Shown here piece by piece: positions 63,215 through 64,000 of a stretch of DNA of 64,000 nt. The notes under the pieces are model-generated. The model had not been told where the DNA came from. It did no database searches and saw only the letters and a list, made by a program, of their open reading frames with translations. Each line of letters starts with the position of its first letter. Positions within the stretch are counted from its first letter, which is position 1. The position numbers and the translations under genes were made by a program. This DNA is from Eledone cirrhosa (Eukaryota): assembly GCA_964016885.1 (NCBI GenBank), contig OZ024757.1, positions 36,704,001 through 36,768,000 on the forward strand, written 5' to 3'.

Positions 63215-64000
63215 ATTGTGTTTTTTTTTCAACAAGAGCTGGTGGTGGGGTTGGATACAAATGAAATCCCTTTTCTTTAACAATGGAACAGTCTACAGCC
63301 TGTGTCTCCCCTCGATTGCTCTATTATTGTACTTTCCTTGAAATTTCTGAAACTATCAGAAATAACGCAAAGAATGTACGAAATTGTGATAAGATTACAT
63401 AAGAAGAGAAAGTGAAACGATTTCATATAGGTGAGATATGTCATAACAATAGTTCCCGGAAATGTTTTACAGTTCATACTCAAGTTGTTTAGAGTTATGG
63501 GATGGTAGGGCTGGAATTTCTACAGCGATATGATTTTATAAGGAATCTTATAAGAATCTGATGCAGATTCTTTATAAACCTTCCAGCTCATATATCTCCC
63601 CGAAGGAAAGCAATTAGTCTTGAATTAGAATGTCTGGTATTTTGTTTTTCATGTATGACTACAATTATTATTATCATTATTATTATTTCACGGTTACACT
63701 GTTGAATTGGCCCTTATCATATTTATTGTGTACATAAATCATCATCATCAATATCACAAACACCATCATCATCACTTATAACACCACCACCACCACCATC
63801 AACCCCTTTATAAACTCCCTTCCGCAAACAACCACCACCACCACCATTACCATTGCTGTCACTCCCCACCGCCACCCACAGCTGCCAATATCATCCTTAT
63901 TATCATAATTTACGGTAATAACTATTTTTCTAAGGGAAGGGAGTACAGAGAAAGGGGAAGAAGGGAGAGATATGTGTGTACGTGTGTGGAGAGAGAGGGA

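Overview
AT-rich eukaryotic (animal) genomic DNA, dense in (TA)n/(CA)n/(ATC)n microsatellites and tRNA-derived SINEs. The texture is most consistent with a coleoid cephalopod such as Octopus (inference). Two intron-rich genes converge tail-to-tail. On + is a 19-exon DEAH-box RNA helicase, DHX33 (2423-29178, 643 aa when I splice it by hand; all phases close). On - are the last five exons of a Limpet/FHL-type LIM-domain gene (62129-45580; its 5' part lies outside the window). Introns and the intergenic gap hold SINEs, RTE-type LINE fragments, a hAT element carrying a fragment of a restriction-like-endonuclease retrotransposon, MULE-, mariner- and piggyBac-like MITEs, and several minisatellites. 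The main unannotated signal is a set of about a dozen short, mostly sequence-unrelated elements, usually embedded in (TA)n, that carry type I hammerhead ribozyme cores (CUGAUGA/CCGACGA...GAAAC-palindrome-GUH). Some are complete (35230-35272 -, 59308-59391 +, 48914-49002 +, 14974-15036 +). Several are duplicated head-to-head into long palindromes. Most have a non-Watson-Crick pair at the base of stem II. They look like Penelope-/retrozyme-type non-autonomous elements. Most ORFs in the supplied track are microsatellite artefacts.
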